The notes under the pieces: model-generated
Told to the model about the DNA's origin: nothing
The model's database searches: none
The model's input: only the letters and a program-made list of their open reading frames with translations
Program-made: the position numbers and the translations under genes
From: an uncultured Thermococci archaeon
GTDB lineage: Archaea; Methanobacteriota_B; Thermococci; Methanofastidiosales; B48-G16
Length of the DNA: 64,000 bases
Assembly: GCA_964595645.1 (NCBI GenBank)
Contig: CAZQQT010000002.1
Span: 128,001-192,000, forward strand
Direction of reading: 5' to 3'
Shown here: positions 29,789 to 40,622 of the stretch, piece after piece
Position numbering within the stretch: the stretch's first letter is position 1
Layout: each line of letters starts with the position of its first letter

Positions 29789-30034
29789 CTACATCGATCC
29801 AATCACAAGGCTCGTTTCCGTTCTTTTTATTCCTTCTATTTCCCTTATCTTAAGTACAAAATGATTTATATCTTCTATAGCGTCTGCAACTATTTTTATT
29901 ACTATATCAAACTCTCCATATGTCATGTATGCCTCTTCTACCTTACAAGACATAAATTTAAGATTCTCTAGTTTCTTTTTCACGTCATTTTCTTTTCCGG
30001 GTTCTACAACCATCTGAATAAAGGCAATTGCCAT
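29789..30034 (-). CDS. Stand-alone Lrp/AsnC ligand-binding (RAM) domain protein
   Basis: V.PGKE, TYGEFDIV, IEGIKRTETS. Confidence 0.85.
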   Translation of the reverse strand: MAIAFIQMVVEPGKENDVKKKLENLKFMSCKVEEAYMTYGEFDIVIKIVADAIEDINHFVLKIREIEGIKRTETSLVIGSM

Positions 30035-30391
30035 ATATATCATCTCCTTTGCATTAACTGTGTACTGTGATCTTTTTCCTATTTATATTTTTGGTCACTC
30101 CCATACAATATCAGAAGATATACGACATAACTATTCTAAGCTCTATATCAGTGAAACAGCAACTTATATAGTTTTTTAAAGTAAAATAGCTACATAAAAC
30201 GATTTCTTTACATCTCTTTCATCATTGTATTTTTTGTTGTGGGAACAGTACAGGTATCGCTCTTATAAGGGTTCCTCCTACACCCAGAATCGGGGTGACC
30301 GTGATATTTGCCCTTCTCCATCTTCTTTTGAGTATTGTGCCGTACAGTACAACACAAAAGGAAGAGAAAGGACGGAAAGAGAAAGTAAAAC

Positions 30392-31141
30392 TCATACTTT
30401 ACGGTGCTCTCGGCTATCTTTTCTGGATGGAAGTACTCTCAAAAGGTCTCCAAGTCCCTGGATCGGTTGGGAGTATCCGAGAGTTTGTAAGGTAGCCCAT
30501 AGTGATGCCTGGTTGCTGGTGACCACTGGGACGGCAATCTCTCCTTCCAATAATTCAATAGTCTCAAAGGTTCGCAAATTAGTACAGCTGATAAATAGTG
30601 CATCCGCTTTCTCCATAATCTCATTTTTTGCTATTTTGTAAACATATTCCGGCCTCTGTTTTCCGATTACTATATTATCAACAATTCCCATCCCCCACGC
30701 TTTTAGAACGTCTATTCCATCAGATTCCAAGAATATTTTTTCCTTTTGAGTTATTTTATCAATATAAGGGGTAATGAGAACGATTTTTTGGGCATTCAAT
30801 ACCTTTAAAGCGTTAACAACAGCTGAGATAGTTGTAATAATAGGAATACCCACCTTTTGTGCCAACCTCCTTTCAATTTTCTTTGCATACGCTGTACCTT
30901 CAATAAAGCTACCGCTGGTGCATCCATAGAGAACTATATCCACCTGGGCATCTTTTAAAAGTATCGCAGCGTCATAGGCCGCTGCATGCATCGTGTGGAG
31001 AGTCTCATGCGTGACCGCTGTCAACGGCATTCGTGACGTATGAAGAGAGATCCCGTGAGGCAATACCTTATGGAACTCCATCTCCATTGTGGTGTTAGAT
31101 GAGGGAAGTACAAGTCCAATTCTGCCATTTTCCCCATACAT
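30392..31141 (-). CDS. Maleate cis-trans isomerase / Asp-Glu racemase family protein
   Basis: RIGLVLPSSNTTME, GCTSGS, TPY, SCTNL, TSNQA. Confidence 0.87.
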   Translation of the reverse strand: MYGENGRIGLVLPSSNTTMEMEFHKVLPHGISLHTSRMPLTAVTHETLHTMHAAAYDAAILLKDAQVDIVLYGCTSGSFIEGTAYAKKIERRLAQKVGIPIITTISAVVNALKVLNAQKIVLITPYIDKITQKEKIFLESDGIDVLKAWGMGIVDNIVIGKQRPEYVYKIAKNEIMEKADALFISCTNLRTFETIELLEGEIAVPVVTSNQASLWATLQTLGYSQPIQGLGDLLRVLPSRKDSREHRKV

Positions 31142-31286
31142 GTATTTACTCTTTCTCTGGAGGTAAAAAAAGATTTCTCTCACGAAAAATAAGATCCAAA
31201 AAAATATGTGGATTAAATTTTTTTCTATTATTCATTTAACAATGCTTTCCACAAGTTTAATATAGACTTTTCCCTCATGAATAGTA

Positions 31287-32159
31287 ATGATCGTCAAAAC
31301 AAAGAAATACAAACTCCCTTTTTCCAGGGGGATCCTGGCGCGATCGCTGACACGGGCAGGAATTGAGATCGGTGAGGCATATCAGATCGCAAGGGAAATA
31401 AAGGAGAATCTTAAGAAGAAAAAAACAGAAGAGATACTCTCAGAAGATTTAATGGAGATCACCCATGATTTTTTGATAGATAAAAGCTATCAAAAGGAAG
31501 CAAAAAACTATCTTGTTTGGAGAAAATTTAGAAAACTTGGTATACCGATAATCATACTGATCGGAGGTGGCACGGGCATCGGAAAATCTACCATCGCGTT
31601 TGATCTTGGGTACAGACTCGGCATACGATCGATCATCGGTACAGATACTGTGAGGGAAGTGATGAGAGATATCATTTCATTGGATCTTCTTCCGGCGCTT
31701 CACACCTCTTCTTTTAGAGCACATGAAAAAATAGAGTCTCCAAGTTCATATATTAATAAGACAATATACGCGTTTGAGATGCAGGTAAACTATGTGAGCG
31801 TGGGAACCGAAGCAGTCATCTCTCGGGCGGCACATGAGGGATTCAATCTCCTCATTGATGGGATACATCTGGTGCCTGGTTACATTGACATTGAGAAAGA
31901 AAATTCAAAGATATTCCATTTTGTGCTTTATTTAGACGATAAAGAAGAGTATATAAACAGATTTCATGCGAGATCCTACGGAAGTAAACGAGAAGCAGAG
32001 TATTACGTTGACGGAGTTGACAGGATCCTCGAAATTCAGGAATTTATCGTGAATAAGGCAAAAGAACACAATGTTCCACTGATAGAGAATACCTCCATGG
32101 GTAAGAGCGTGAACTTTGTTATCCACCATATCACACAAGAACTCGCAAAAGAGGTGTAA
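31287..32159 (+). CDS. pgk2: 2-phosphoglycerate kinase
   Basis: ATP-cone PFSRGILARSL, GGTGIGKST, TD.VREVMR, LHTSS, G.HLVPG. Confidence 0.88.
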   Translation: MIVKTKKYKLPFSRGILARSLTRAGIEIGEAYQIAREIKENLKKKKTEEILSEDLMEITHDFLIDKSYQKEAKNYLVWRKFRKLGIPIIILIGGGTGIGKSTIAFDLGYRLGIRSIIGTDTVREVMRDIISLDLLPALHTSSFRAHEKIESPSSYINKTIYAFEMQVNYVSVGTEAVISRAAHEGFNLLIDGIHLVPGYIDIEKENSKIFHFVLYLDDKEEYINRFHARSYGSKREAEYYVDGVDRILEIQEFIVNKAKEHNVPLIENTSMGKSVNFVIHHITQELAKEV

Positions 32160-32162
32160 AAT

Positions 32163-32582
32163 GTGATTCTCGAGATACAAAAAGGGAAGTTCCCCATAAA
32201 ACAGTTTATTACACGTGGGATTATGGGTATAGACAAACATGAAACGATAAAAGACGCCTGTAAAAAAATGGTTGAGTTTGGAATATCCTCTCTCGCTGTA
32301 CTGGAAGATAAAAAAATTGTAGGATTTCTGACGAAGAAAGATATAATAGAAGGAATTGCTGAGGAGCTATCTCTCGATACAGAAATAAGCAGTGTTATGA
32401 GCGAGGACTTAGTGTTTTGTAGCAGTTCGACGACGATGGAGGAGGCACTGGAAAAAATGGCGAACTACCAAGTGAGACACATCCTAGTAAAAGAGAAGGG
32501 AGAGTATATTGGCATCTTTTCGCTGAAAGATATTATTGATCTCCAGAAATTCAATGTGGAAACGCAGATTTCAAGTGATTAA
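32163..32582 (+). CDS. CBS-domain protein
   Basis: Two CBS repeats. Confidence 0.85.
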   Translation: MILEIQKGKFPIKQFITRGIMGIDKHETIKDACKKMVEFGISSLAVLEDKKIVGFLTKKDIIEGIAEELSLDTEISSVMSEDLVFCSSSTTMEEALEKMANYQVRHILVKEKGEYIGIFSLKDIIDLQKFNVETQISSD

Positions 32583-34046
32583 ATGAAAATAGCGCATATA
32601 TCAGATACACATTTTTCTCAGATCAACAAAAAAAGCTTTGAAAGAGCGATAAAAACAATAAATGATTCATCTGTTGATTTCGTTGTTCACACCGGCGACA
32701 TTGTAAATAGAGGGTATATTGAAGAGTACGAAGAGGCGATCCAGCAGTTTTCTCGATTAGAAAAACCGATTATCTATCTCCCTGGAAATCACGATGGAAG
32801 AAATGTGGGATTGAAACTGTTTGAGAATGTTATTGGTCCCTTAGAGGGTGTTAAGGAAGGAAAACATTACGTCGTTATCTATCTCAACAGTGTCATCCCG
32901 GATATGAACGAAGGGAGAATCAGTAACTCGAGCTTCCAGTGGCTTAAACGGATGTTGCGGAAGCATGTGGACAAAAAGATCAAAATTGTGTGTTTCCACC
33001 ATCATTTAATCCCTATTCCCAATACAGGAAGAGAAAGAAACGTACTGTTCAATTCCGGCGATATCTTGGATCTTCTCGTTCGTTACGGTGTGGATCTGGT
33101 GTTAACAGGCCATAAACACTATCCAAACGTCTATAAAGTTGAAGATCTCGTTATTGTGAACGCAGGAACAATGTGCAATGTGAAGACACGACTTGGAGAT
33201 ACAAATAGCTTCAATATAATAGAAGTAGATGACACGATCAAAGTACAGACGGTGAGACCCGAAGGGGTAAAGGAGAGAGAGTATAAAAGAGAGAAAGAAA
33301 GGATCTACAAACTTGAAAGCAATCCACTGTTTAGGATCGTCCAGATAGCTGGAACCTTTATTGATGATAGTGATATATTCAATAAGAAGAAGTTTTTAAA
33401 TGCCTTTAAGAAGATTAAGATGCTGGATCCAGATTTCATTGTGCACTGTGGAGATATTGTGGATGAAGGACTGCGAAAAAACTACAGACTTGCAAAAGAG
33501 TACTTTAATCTCCCTATATTTTTTGTGCCTGGACCCCGAGATATCAATTATCTAGGCTACCGGCTGTTTCCCAAATATTTCGAGTTCGTGGGGACACATT
33601 TGACGAAAAATATCGCCTTCAAGTTTTTGAATACATGCCAGTATGATTCAAGTATTGGTGTAGTAGGAAAAGGTGAGCTCGATAGAATTAAGCAATTCTC
33701 TCGGATTGATTCTCCCTTTAAGGCGATTGTACTGCATCATAACCTCCTTCCAATAGAAAATACCAGGGAAAAGGGATTGTTGGAGGATGCGGGAGATGTT
33801 CTCCATGAACTCACTCGGTTGAAGATCGATCTCGTGCTCACAGGTCATTCCTCTCATCCTTCGGCACGGAAGATCGAAAGCACACTTGTTGTGAACGCGA
33901 ATGCCCTTTCATGTAAGCGACAACGAAGTTTGTTCGGAAACTCATTCAACGTTATTGACGTGTATAGAAACTTTATCTACGTCTCTGAGATACAGAGTCT
34001 CTCTGGTTCTCGGCACGTACTGGGCATGTGGCAACGGAAGGAGTGA
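32583..34046 (+). CDS. Tandem calcineurin-like metallophosphoesterase
   Basis: Domain 1 DTH/GD/GNHD/HHH/GHKH; domain 2 degenerate (GTF, GPRD, GHSS). Confidence 0.85.
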   Translation: MKIAHISDTHFSQINKKSFERAIKTINDSSVDFVVHTGDIVNRGYIEEYEEAIQQFSRLEKPIIYLPGNHDGRNVGLKLFENVIGPLEGVKEGKHYVVIYLNSVIPDMNEGRISNSSFQWLKRMLRKHVDKKIKIVCFHHHLIPIPNTGRERNVLFNSGDILDLLVRYGVDLVLTGHKHYPNVYKVEDLVIVNAGTMCNVKTRLGDTNSFNIIEVDDTIKVQTVRPEGVKEREYKREKERIYKLESNPLFRIVQIAGTFIDDSDIFNKKKFLNAFKKIKMLDPDFIVHCGDIVDEGLRKNYRLAKEYFNLPIFFVPGPRDINYLGYRLFPKYFEFVGTHLTKNIAFKFLNTCQYDSSIGVVGKGELDRIKQFSRIDSPFKAIVLHHNLLPIENTREKGLLEDAGDVLHELTRLKIDLVLTGHSSHPSARKIESTLVVNANALSCKRQRSLFGNSFNVIDVYRNFIYVSEIQSLSGSRHVLGMWQRKE

Positions 34047-34154
34047 AATACCTTTTCGTATACTTCTGATGTTTCACAAGAAACAGAGATGATACGTGTA
34101 TTGTACAGATAGGTTTATATAAATAGATTTCAGATTAGAGAAGAGGAGAGAGTC

Positions 34155-37100
34155 ATGAGGAAAATAATCGGTTTTATAGTAGTGTTGATTTTAGTTAGTG
34201 TTTCATTGTTGAACTTTGTCGGATCACAACCATCGCTTTCTGTGGATATTACTGGAAATGATACTGTTAGTATATGTGAACAGTACGACTACGATATTAC
34301 CGTGGTGAATCCGTCTGATACGGAAACTGCCACTGATATGGTGGTAACAGCATCTCTTCCGACAATTGTCGGTGAAGACGATGGATTCATTATTATGGAC
34401 AGTGGCGGCGGTGTGGAATCTGACTCCGATGGCGACGGGGTCAATGATACCGTCACGTGGAATGTTGGCGATTTAGATCCGCTGGCTTCGTGGGACACCA
34501 CAATCCGTGTGGAAATTGCGTGTAATGCAGTGTCAGGACAGATACAGGTAGATGCTATACATTCTGGGGGGTCGGTGGATCAGGATTCTCTGTATCTAAC
34601 AGTGAACCCTGGCGCGGTAACTGTCACCAAGACACCGCACGTTATCGAGGCGCATCTGGACGATACCGTTCACTGGACACTGACAGTTACAAGTACGGGT
34701 ATTGGCCCGATACAGAACGTCGTTGTGGAGGATACGTTGGGTGCAGGATTACAGTACGACGATGCACAGACATCACCAACGCCCGGCACTGTGACGAACA
34801 ATGGAGATGGTACCACTACTCTTACGTGGAATGCATCTCAAATTCCAGCATTGGGGACAATGAATTCGGGAGACACCGTGACGATCGAGGTCTATGCAAC
34901 GGTTGATGCGTGTAGCGGTTTGGAGAACAATGCGCAGGCATCATGGGGGTGTGATGGGACTGTCTGTCAGATAGATTCGACAAAGGCCAGTGTGCAGTTA
35001 ATCCTGGACCTTCCTGAGATATCATATACGTTACCCGATTTTCAGATACCGTACTGTTCTTCTGCGAGTTTTACCATTCCAATTACCAATAATGGAGATG
35101 GAACAGCCCATGACTTCTATTTATATGCAGATTTTAGTCCTTTTACCGTGACCGTCACCTCACCCGGAAGTGCGTCATACAATTCAGCTGAGGATAGGTT
35201 TGAACTGGGAGATATCTCATCAGGATCAACGGTGAACCTTCAATTCACGCTCACGATCAATGACTGGTGTGGAAATAGAAACGTATCAAAACAAATTTTG
35301 TTTAGACCTGAGTATACAGACGACTGTGGGAACACCTTCCATCCGCCAGTACAATTGGGGAATCTTTCTACTACTGGGACACCCACCTTATCCGCGAGTA
35401 AAACCACCCCCTCGTACGAGATGTATCTCGGTGAGCAGATGACCTACGATCTCTCTGTTACGTACAGCGGCGACACGACATGTGTAGGAAATAGTTCAGC
35501 TATTACCATTACCGATACGATCCCCGATGGATTCGCTATCGTGGACGCCGGTGGAGGAAGTGTTTCTGGTAGTACTATTACGTGGACTATCTCGCCCACC
35601 GCGCCACCGTGGAGTACAACTATTACCCTTCAGGCGCCTTCATATGCAGATTGCGAAGACTACTGTTATACTACCGCCACGAATACACTTGAGGCGACGG
35701 TAACGGATTGTTGCGGGTGTACACTAACTGCCAGTGACAGCGCGTCTATCTATCTGGAGTGCGAGCAGCTTGTGGACTCGGAGAAGACAGTTTCTTCTGT
35801 TACAGGCAACTGGGAGAAGTGCACTGAAATTACTTATACGAATACATATGTGTTTGCTGATGATCCCGATCTCGACGGTGAATCATGGGATAACATGATT
35901 TTCTATGAAGAAATGGACAATAGTCAAGCGTATGTCTCCACGCAGCCTGTGACTATTACCGATAACGATAATCCAGCTAATACGTGTTCAGTAAATATTA
36001 CACCTACTGTTGCAGGGGGAGAGTTAGTCTATGATTTCTCAGGGCATGATTTCTCGAGCTGTCCCTCCATTAGGAACTCAACCTTAGTAATCGAGTACAA
36101 TTTACAAACAACTGATGCGTCCCAGCCCCAGTGTGCTGGGAGCTATACATTTTACGACTGGTCACGACTCGATACCGGATGGCCCAACAATTGGGGTCAG
36201 TGTATGCCGGATAGTGTGATTCAAGAGGGAGAACAGGTCACCGTACAGCAGTCGGATATGAATATCAGTATCAGTGGGATACCCCAGATGATGGATATCT
36301 GCGGTAGCTACGATATCACACTCACACTCACCAATACGCACTCAACTGTGGATGCGTACGATGTAAAAGTCTTTTTCCCTACGGAGAATTACAGCATCGA
36401 TCTCGGCTCCATAAGCTATGGAGGCGTGACACCTAATTCTGGCCCCACAGCTGTAAGCGGAGGATATGAGTGGGACTATGGTGATAACTTCACCGGCGGT
36501 ACGAGCGGTAGCATCTCCCTCACTGTGCAAAAACGGTGTACAGGAGACTGTGCGTGTAGCGCCACTGTGTACTTCGATGATCTCTGCAATGATGACGATG
36601 TACCGGACGTTTCCGATCCCACATGCTCAGAATCTGCCATACAGCAGCCTGTCTTTGTTCGTAACGGCTCTATCTTCATCAAAAAAACGCCTGAGCTTGT
36701 ATACGCCATAGAAAACCAGGCAACGTGGAAAATCTACGTGGTGAACTCGGGTAATGGTACCGCGTACAATGTGTGGGTCGAAGATATTCTCGATTCTGAT
36801 TTAGCGTATGATACTTCATCTGTTACCGACTTGGATGGAAATACAGTAACAGGAGTAACGACTAACCCAAACCAAGACCGAAATGGCAATCCTATCAATG
36901 GGGTCACATGGGTGATCGATGAAATCCCCGCAGGAAAAACCAGGATCATCGAGTTAACCACAGATATCACAGGGTGTACCAACCTCGACAACGATGTGAC
37001 TGCAAGCTGGGGCTGCCTCGGTAGCGACTGTCAGGTGCCAGTCACTGATTACTCTCGTGTAGAGATTCCCGGTTCCAACGCGGTGACCACCAACACGCTC

Positions 37101-40100
37101 CCTGCGGATATTGATCTGTGCGAGCAGGATACGGTGAGTGTGGAGGTAAAGAACACAGGAATTACCACGGTGTACAACGCTGAAGTAGAGGTCACCCTAC
37201 CACAGGGACTGCACTACGTACCTGGAACAGGGAATCCCGCCGACCCGGAAAACACATCAGCGAACCCTGTGGTGTGGACCAGTACAGAAGTTTCAGCACT
37301 CGCCTCTCTCGCACCGGCGGGAGAACCCGGCGACACCGTTACTATCTCGTTCGATGTTGCTGCGGGCTGTGACTTTCCCGATGGGAACAGGAGGATTAGC
37401 TCCAAAGTCTCATACGAGACGGTCTGCGGCGATCCCGAAGAGAGCCCATTGAGTAGCTCAACGCTTTCGGTGAATGAGCCCAGTATATCGATTGCGAAGG
37501 ATGGACGCAATGTTACTACAGGACAGACATCCCACACCAATACCGTGAACGCAGAGCCGGGAGATACAGTGGAGTGGCGTATCCGCATCTCAAACAATGG
37601 TGCAACAAACGCGCAGAATGTGGAGTTTTGGGATGTGTTACCGTCGAATATGACCTTTGTGTCAGTTTCTCCTGCTCCTGTAAGCGGGAGTGGGACATCG
37701 GGGGATCCGTGGGTACACGGTAATCTGGGTACTGGACAGACAGCGACCTACTATGTAACAGGCACCGTAGATGCCAATGAGTGCACCGATCCTCCGGTGA
37801 ATAATAGGGCGTGTGTACAGTACGGCTGTGACGATAACCCCACAACACCCGATACCGATCCGTGCAGAGAGCCGCAGAGATGCAATAATGGACGCCTGAG
37901 GACGACATCACAGTTCACCGTTTCGCAGACACTGGGAACGATTACTACCTGTGAGGGTGATATCACTGTGACTGTGCAGAATAATGGCCCTACTGCGTAT
38001 AACGTGGAGATCACCTCCGATCTTCCCACAGGGTTCGAGTACGATTCCATGATCTCAGGTCCTAATCCCACTCCCGATCCTCCTGCAGACGTAACGCAAC
38101 CTGTATGGATCATTGGAAATATGGCAGAAGGACAAATCGTTACTCTCCATTTCAGTATTGTTGCTGACGGCATGAGTTGCGATACAGTAATCCCCAGTGC
38201 TAACACCGTATATGTGAATTTTGATAATTACTGTGGTCAAAACTACACACGTTCGAACACTCGCAACGTTACACCGTTAAAACCTGTACTCACCGTGGAA
38301 AAAACGCCGGAAACCCAGGCCAAGGAAGATGGAGGGACGGCGACCTGGACGATCACCGTAGAAAACACCGGGAACTATCAGGCAGGAAATGTCGAAGTCG
38401 TCGATGTATTAAGCGATAACTTCTCTAACATTGTCGCGAATAACGGTTCTGGTGGGGAAGTTCCATCAATCAGCGATCATACCGTTACCTGGAGCCTCAT
38501 GAATCCTATTTCTGTTGGAGGAACGTGGACTGCTACCCTTTCTGCTGATATCAGCGGAAATCTCGGAATGGATACAGTGACGGCCAATGGCACCTGCGCT
38601 ATGGGCTGTGTATACAGCACCACTACCGATGACGCGTATGTCCAGACGATAGAGGGGCTTTTCAAATCACCGAACCTCCAAGAGGCTACCATTGGCGAGG
38701 AAATCACCTTCCACATCTCGTCATCGTACTGGGGCACATCCAGTTATCAAAATGTGCAGATTATCGATACATTACCTACAGGATTGGAATATGTCACCTC
38801 TACGTATTTAGACACCCTCGGACTATCACCTACGCCTTCAGTCGTAGGCCAGACCATTACATGGGATTTAGGTAATTTTACCGGACCCAATACCGTAGAT
38901 ATTACTGTCACAGCACGAGTGCAGGATATCCCAGGCAATGTGGATGGTGTCACTCTTACCAACTGGGCGCAGACCACCGGAAGCGAGGAGGGAGTGTCCT
39001 TTGACTTGTCAGATAGTGGGGTCGTCGAGATCATCGAGCCTGAATTAACCCTTGGGAAACACGGATCCGCTACCGAAGCACTCCCGGGCGATACGGTACA
39101 TTACACGCTCACTATCGAAAATACGGGGACCAGTCCTGCATACGATGTCACTATTGAAGATGTGGTACCATCGGAATTGATTCTCGATGAATCCTCCATT
39201 ACTTCTGCCCCAGGAGCAGATTCTGTAACGGTGAGTGACAATACGATTACGTGGGAGTACACCATCATTCCAGTAGACAGTACGGTAACACTGGAGTATG
39301 ATGTGGAGATTCCACTGGAGGGAGGCACCTTCACCAACACCGCGACGATCACCGACTACTCTTCATTACTCGGTGACAGTCAGTACGAGCGACACTATTC
39401 CCCTGTTTCTGATGACTGGACAGTGGTGGTACCGGGTACCGATATCCTCAAGATCACATTAAATACAGCGGTCAATGTTCCCTCACCTGGAGGAACGGTG
39501 TACTTCGAACTCACCATTGAAAACACGGGGTCAATGAGTCTTAACCCAGTGCAGTTGATTGATACACTCCCGGATGGACTCACGTATATTCCGGGAACAA
39601 CACTCGTTGACGGTGTCTCCTACGAGCCAGACACTGTCACTGATAATACGGATGGGACCCAGACACTGACGTGGAATGATATTCAGCCTCCACCAGATCC
39701 AATGGATCCTAGCGATACAATTGAGGTCACGTTTGAGGCGTCGGTGGATCCGAAAAGAGCCGGCACCTTTATCAATAAGGCACGTGTCATTGGCACCTCG
39801 AGTATAGGCGATGTGTCTGACGAGGACGACTCGCCCATCGGCGTCAAGTCATCCGCTATCAGCGTCGTAAAATCAATTAATCCGTCTGTCATCAGTATCG
39901 GTCAGACAGTAGAGGTATGGTTGAGAGTGACTAATACGGGGAAAGTACCGCTGGATCCTGTGGAAGTGGTGGATGAGCTTCCAGTAGGGCTCACTTATGC
40001 AGGAGGAGCATCCGTGTCACCGGATACTGTGACACCGCATTCAGATGGCACGACGACACTCGCATGGAACAATGTTGGGCTGTTGGATGTGGGGGAGAGA

Positions 40101-40622
40101 ACAACGCTCATCTTCGATGCGGTATTCACCGGAGAGGACCCTCCGGTCACGAATCTCGTTACAGTGACAGGCACGCCACCCAATGGATTTGCAGTTTCCG
40201 ACGATGACACTGCCCAGGTTACTCCTCCTCTTGGGACAAGTAAAGAGGTATGGAGGATACTCGCCTACAACGGGCTTTATCGGTGTGAGCTATGTAACAT
40301 CGATGAATTCTATCGAGAAGCACGAGAACTGGGCCTCACGTTCTCCGAAGAACGAAATGAGTGCTGCGAACCAGATGATCTTGTTGAAAAACTTCAGGAA
40401 GAGATCGTTGCGCGTGGGTTGGAGATGGATATACGGTACCAGAAAGCGCTTGAACTTCTTGAATGTTCTCGTCAGTGCTGCGAGGACGCGTTTAACGCGT
40501 ATGAAACTAAAGATTACATAAAAGCATACAGAAAAGTCCACGAACGATGCAATGCGCAAAGGGAAGCTCTCAAGCTCATGTTAGATGTTCTTCGGGATGC
40601 TGGCTGCGGATGTTCTCCGTAG
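34155..40622 (+). CDS. Giant secreted Cys-rich surface protein with DUF11/Ig-like repeats
   Basis: Signal peptide; many K...G..V.[WY].I...N.G....D.LP.GL.Y units; acidic and Thr-rich. Confidence 0.82.
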   Translation: MRKIIGFIVVLILVSVSLLNFVGSQPSLSVDITGNDTVSICEQYDYDITVVNPSDTETATDMVVTASLPTIVGEDDGFIIMDSGGGVESDSDGDGVNDTVTWNVGDLDPLASWDTTIRVEIACNAVSGQIQVDAIHSGGSVDQDSLYLTVNPGAVTVTKTPHVIEAHLDDTVHWTLTVTSTGIGPIQNVVVEDTLGAGLQYDDAQTSPTPGTVTNNGDGTTTLTWNASQIPALGTMNSGDTVTIEVYATVDACSGLENNAQASWGCDGTVCQIDSTKASVQLILDLPEISYTLPDFQIPYCSSASFTIPITNNGDGTAHDFYLYADFSPFTVTVTSPGSASYNSAEDRFELGDISSGSTVNLQFTLTINDWCGNRNVSKQILFRPEYTDDCGNTFHPPVQLGNLSTTGTPTLSASKTTPSYEMYLGEQMTYDLSVTYSGDTTCVGNSSAITITDTIPDGFAIVDAGGGSVSGSTITWTISPTAPPWSTTITLQAPSYADCEDYCYTTATNTLEATVTDCCGCTLTASDSASIYLECEQLVDSEKTVSSVTGNWEKCTEITYTNTYVFADDPDLDGESWDNMIFYEEMDNSQAYVSTQPVTITDNDNPANTCSVNITPTVAGGELVYDFSGHDFSSCPSIRNSTLVIEYNLQTTDASQPQCAGSYTFYDWSRLDTGWPNNWGQCMPDSVIQEGEQVTVQQSDMNISISGIPQMMDICGSYDITLTLTNTHSTVDAYDVKVFFPTENYSIDLGSISYGGVTPNSGPTAVSGGYEWDYGDNFTGGTSGSISLTVQKRCTGDCACSATVYFDDLCNDDDVPDVSDPTCSESAIQQPVFVRNGSIFIKKTPELVYAIENQATWKIYVVNSGNGTAYNVWVEDILDSDLAYDTSSVTDLDGNTVTGVTTNPNQDRNGNPINGVTWVIDEIPAGKTRIIELTTDITGCTNLDNDVTASWGCLGSDCQVPVTDYSRVEIPGSNAVTTNTLPADIDLCEQDTVSVEVKNTGITTVYNAEVEVTLPQGLHYVPGTGNPADPENTSANPVVWTSTEVSALASLAPAGEPGDTVTISFDVAAGCDFPDGNRRISSKVSYETVCGDPEESPLSSSTLSVNEPSISIAKDGRNVTTGQTSHTNTVNAEPGDTVEWRIRISNNGATNAQNVEFWDVLPSNMTFVSVSPAPVSGSGTSGDPWVHGNLGTGQTATYYVTGTVDANECTDPPVNNRACVQYGCDDNPTTPDTDPCREPQRCNNGRLRTTSQFTVSQTLGTITTCEGDITVTVQNNGPTAYNVEITSDLPTGFEYDSMISGPNPTPDPPADVTQPVWIIGNMAEGQIVTLHFSIVADGMSCDTVIPSANTVYVNFDNYCGQNYTRSNTRNVTPLKPVLTVEKTPETQAKEDGGTATWTITVENTGNYQAGNVEVVDVLSDNFSNIVANNGSGGEVPSISDHTVTWSLMNPISVGGTWTATLSADISGNLGMDTVTANGTCAMGCVYSTTTDDAYVQTIEGLFKSPNLQEATIGEEITFHISSSYWGTSSYQNVQIIDTLPTGLEYVTSTYLDTLGLSPTPSVVGQTITWDLGNFTGPNTVDITVTARVQDIPGNVDGVTLTNWAQTTGSEEGVSFDLSDSGVVEIIEPELTLGKHGSATEALPGDTVHYTLTIENTGTSPAYDVTIEDVVPSELILDESSITSAPGADSVTVSDNTITWEYTIIPVDSTVTLEYDVEIPLEGGTFTNTATITDYSSLLGDSQYERHYSPVSDDWTVVVPGTDILKITLNTAVNVPSPGGTVYFELTIENTGSMSLNPVQLIDTLPDGLTYIPGTTLVDGVSYEPDTVTDNTDGTQTLTWNDIQPPPDPMDPSDTIEVTFEASVDPKRAGTFINKARVIGTSSIGDVSDEDDSPIGVKSSAISVVKSINPSVISIGQTVEVWLRVTNTGKVPLDPVEVVDELPVGLTYAGGASVSPDTVTPHSDGTTTLAWNNVGLLDVGERTTLIFDAVFTGEDPPVTNLVTVTGTPPNGFAVSDDDTAQVTPPLGTSKEVWRILAYNGLYRCELCNIDEFYREARELGLTFSEERNECCEPDDLVEKLQEEIVARGLEMDIRYQKALELLECSRQCCEDAFNAYETKDYIKAYRKVHERCNAQREALKLMLDVLRDAGCGCSP

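Noticed and set aside
30200-30395. Short ORFs downstream of the maleate isomerase-like gene
   Set aside because: No recognisable motif and no frame clearly favoured
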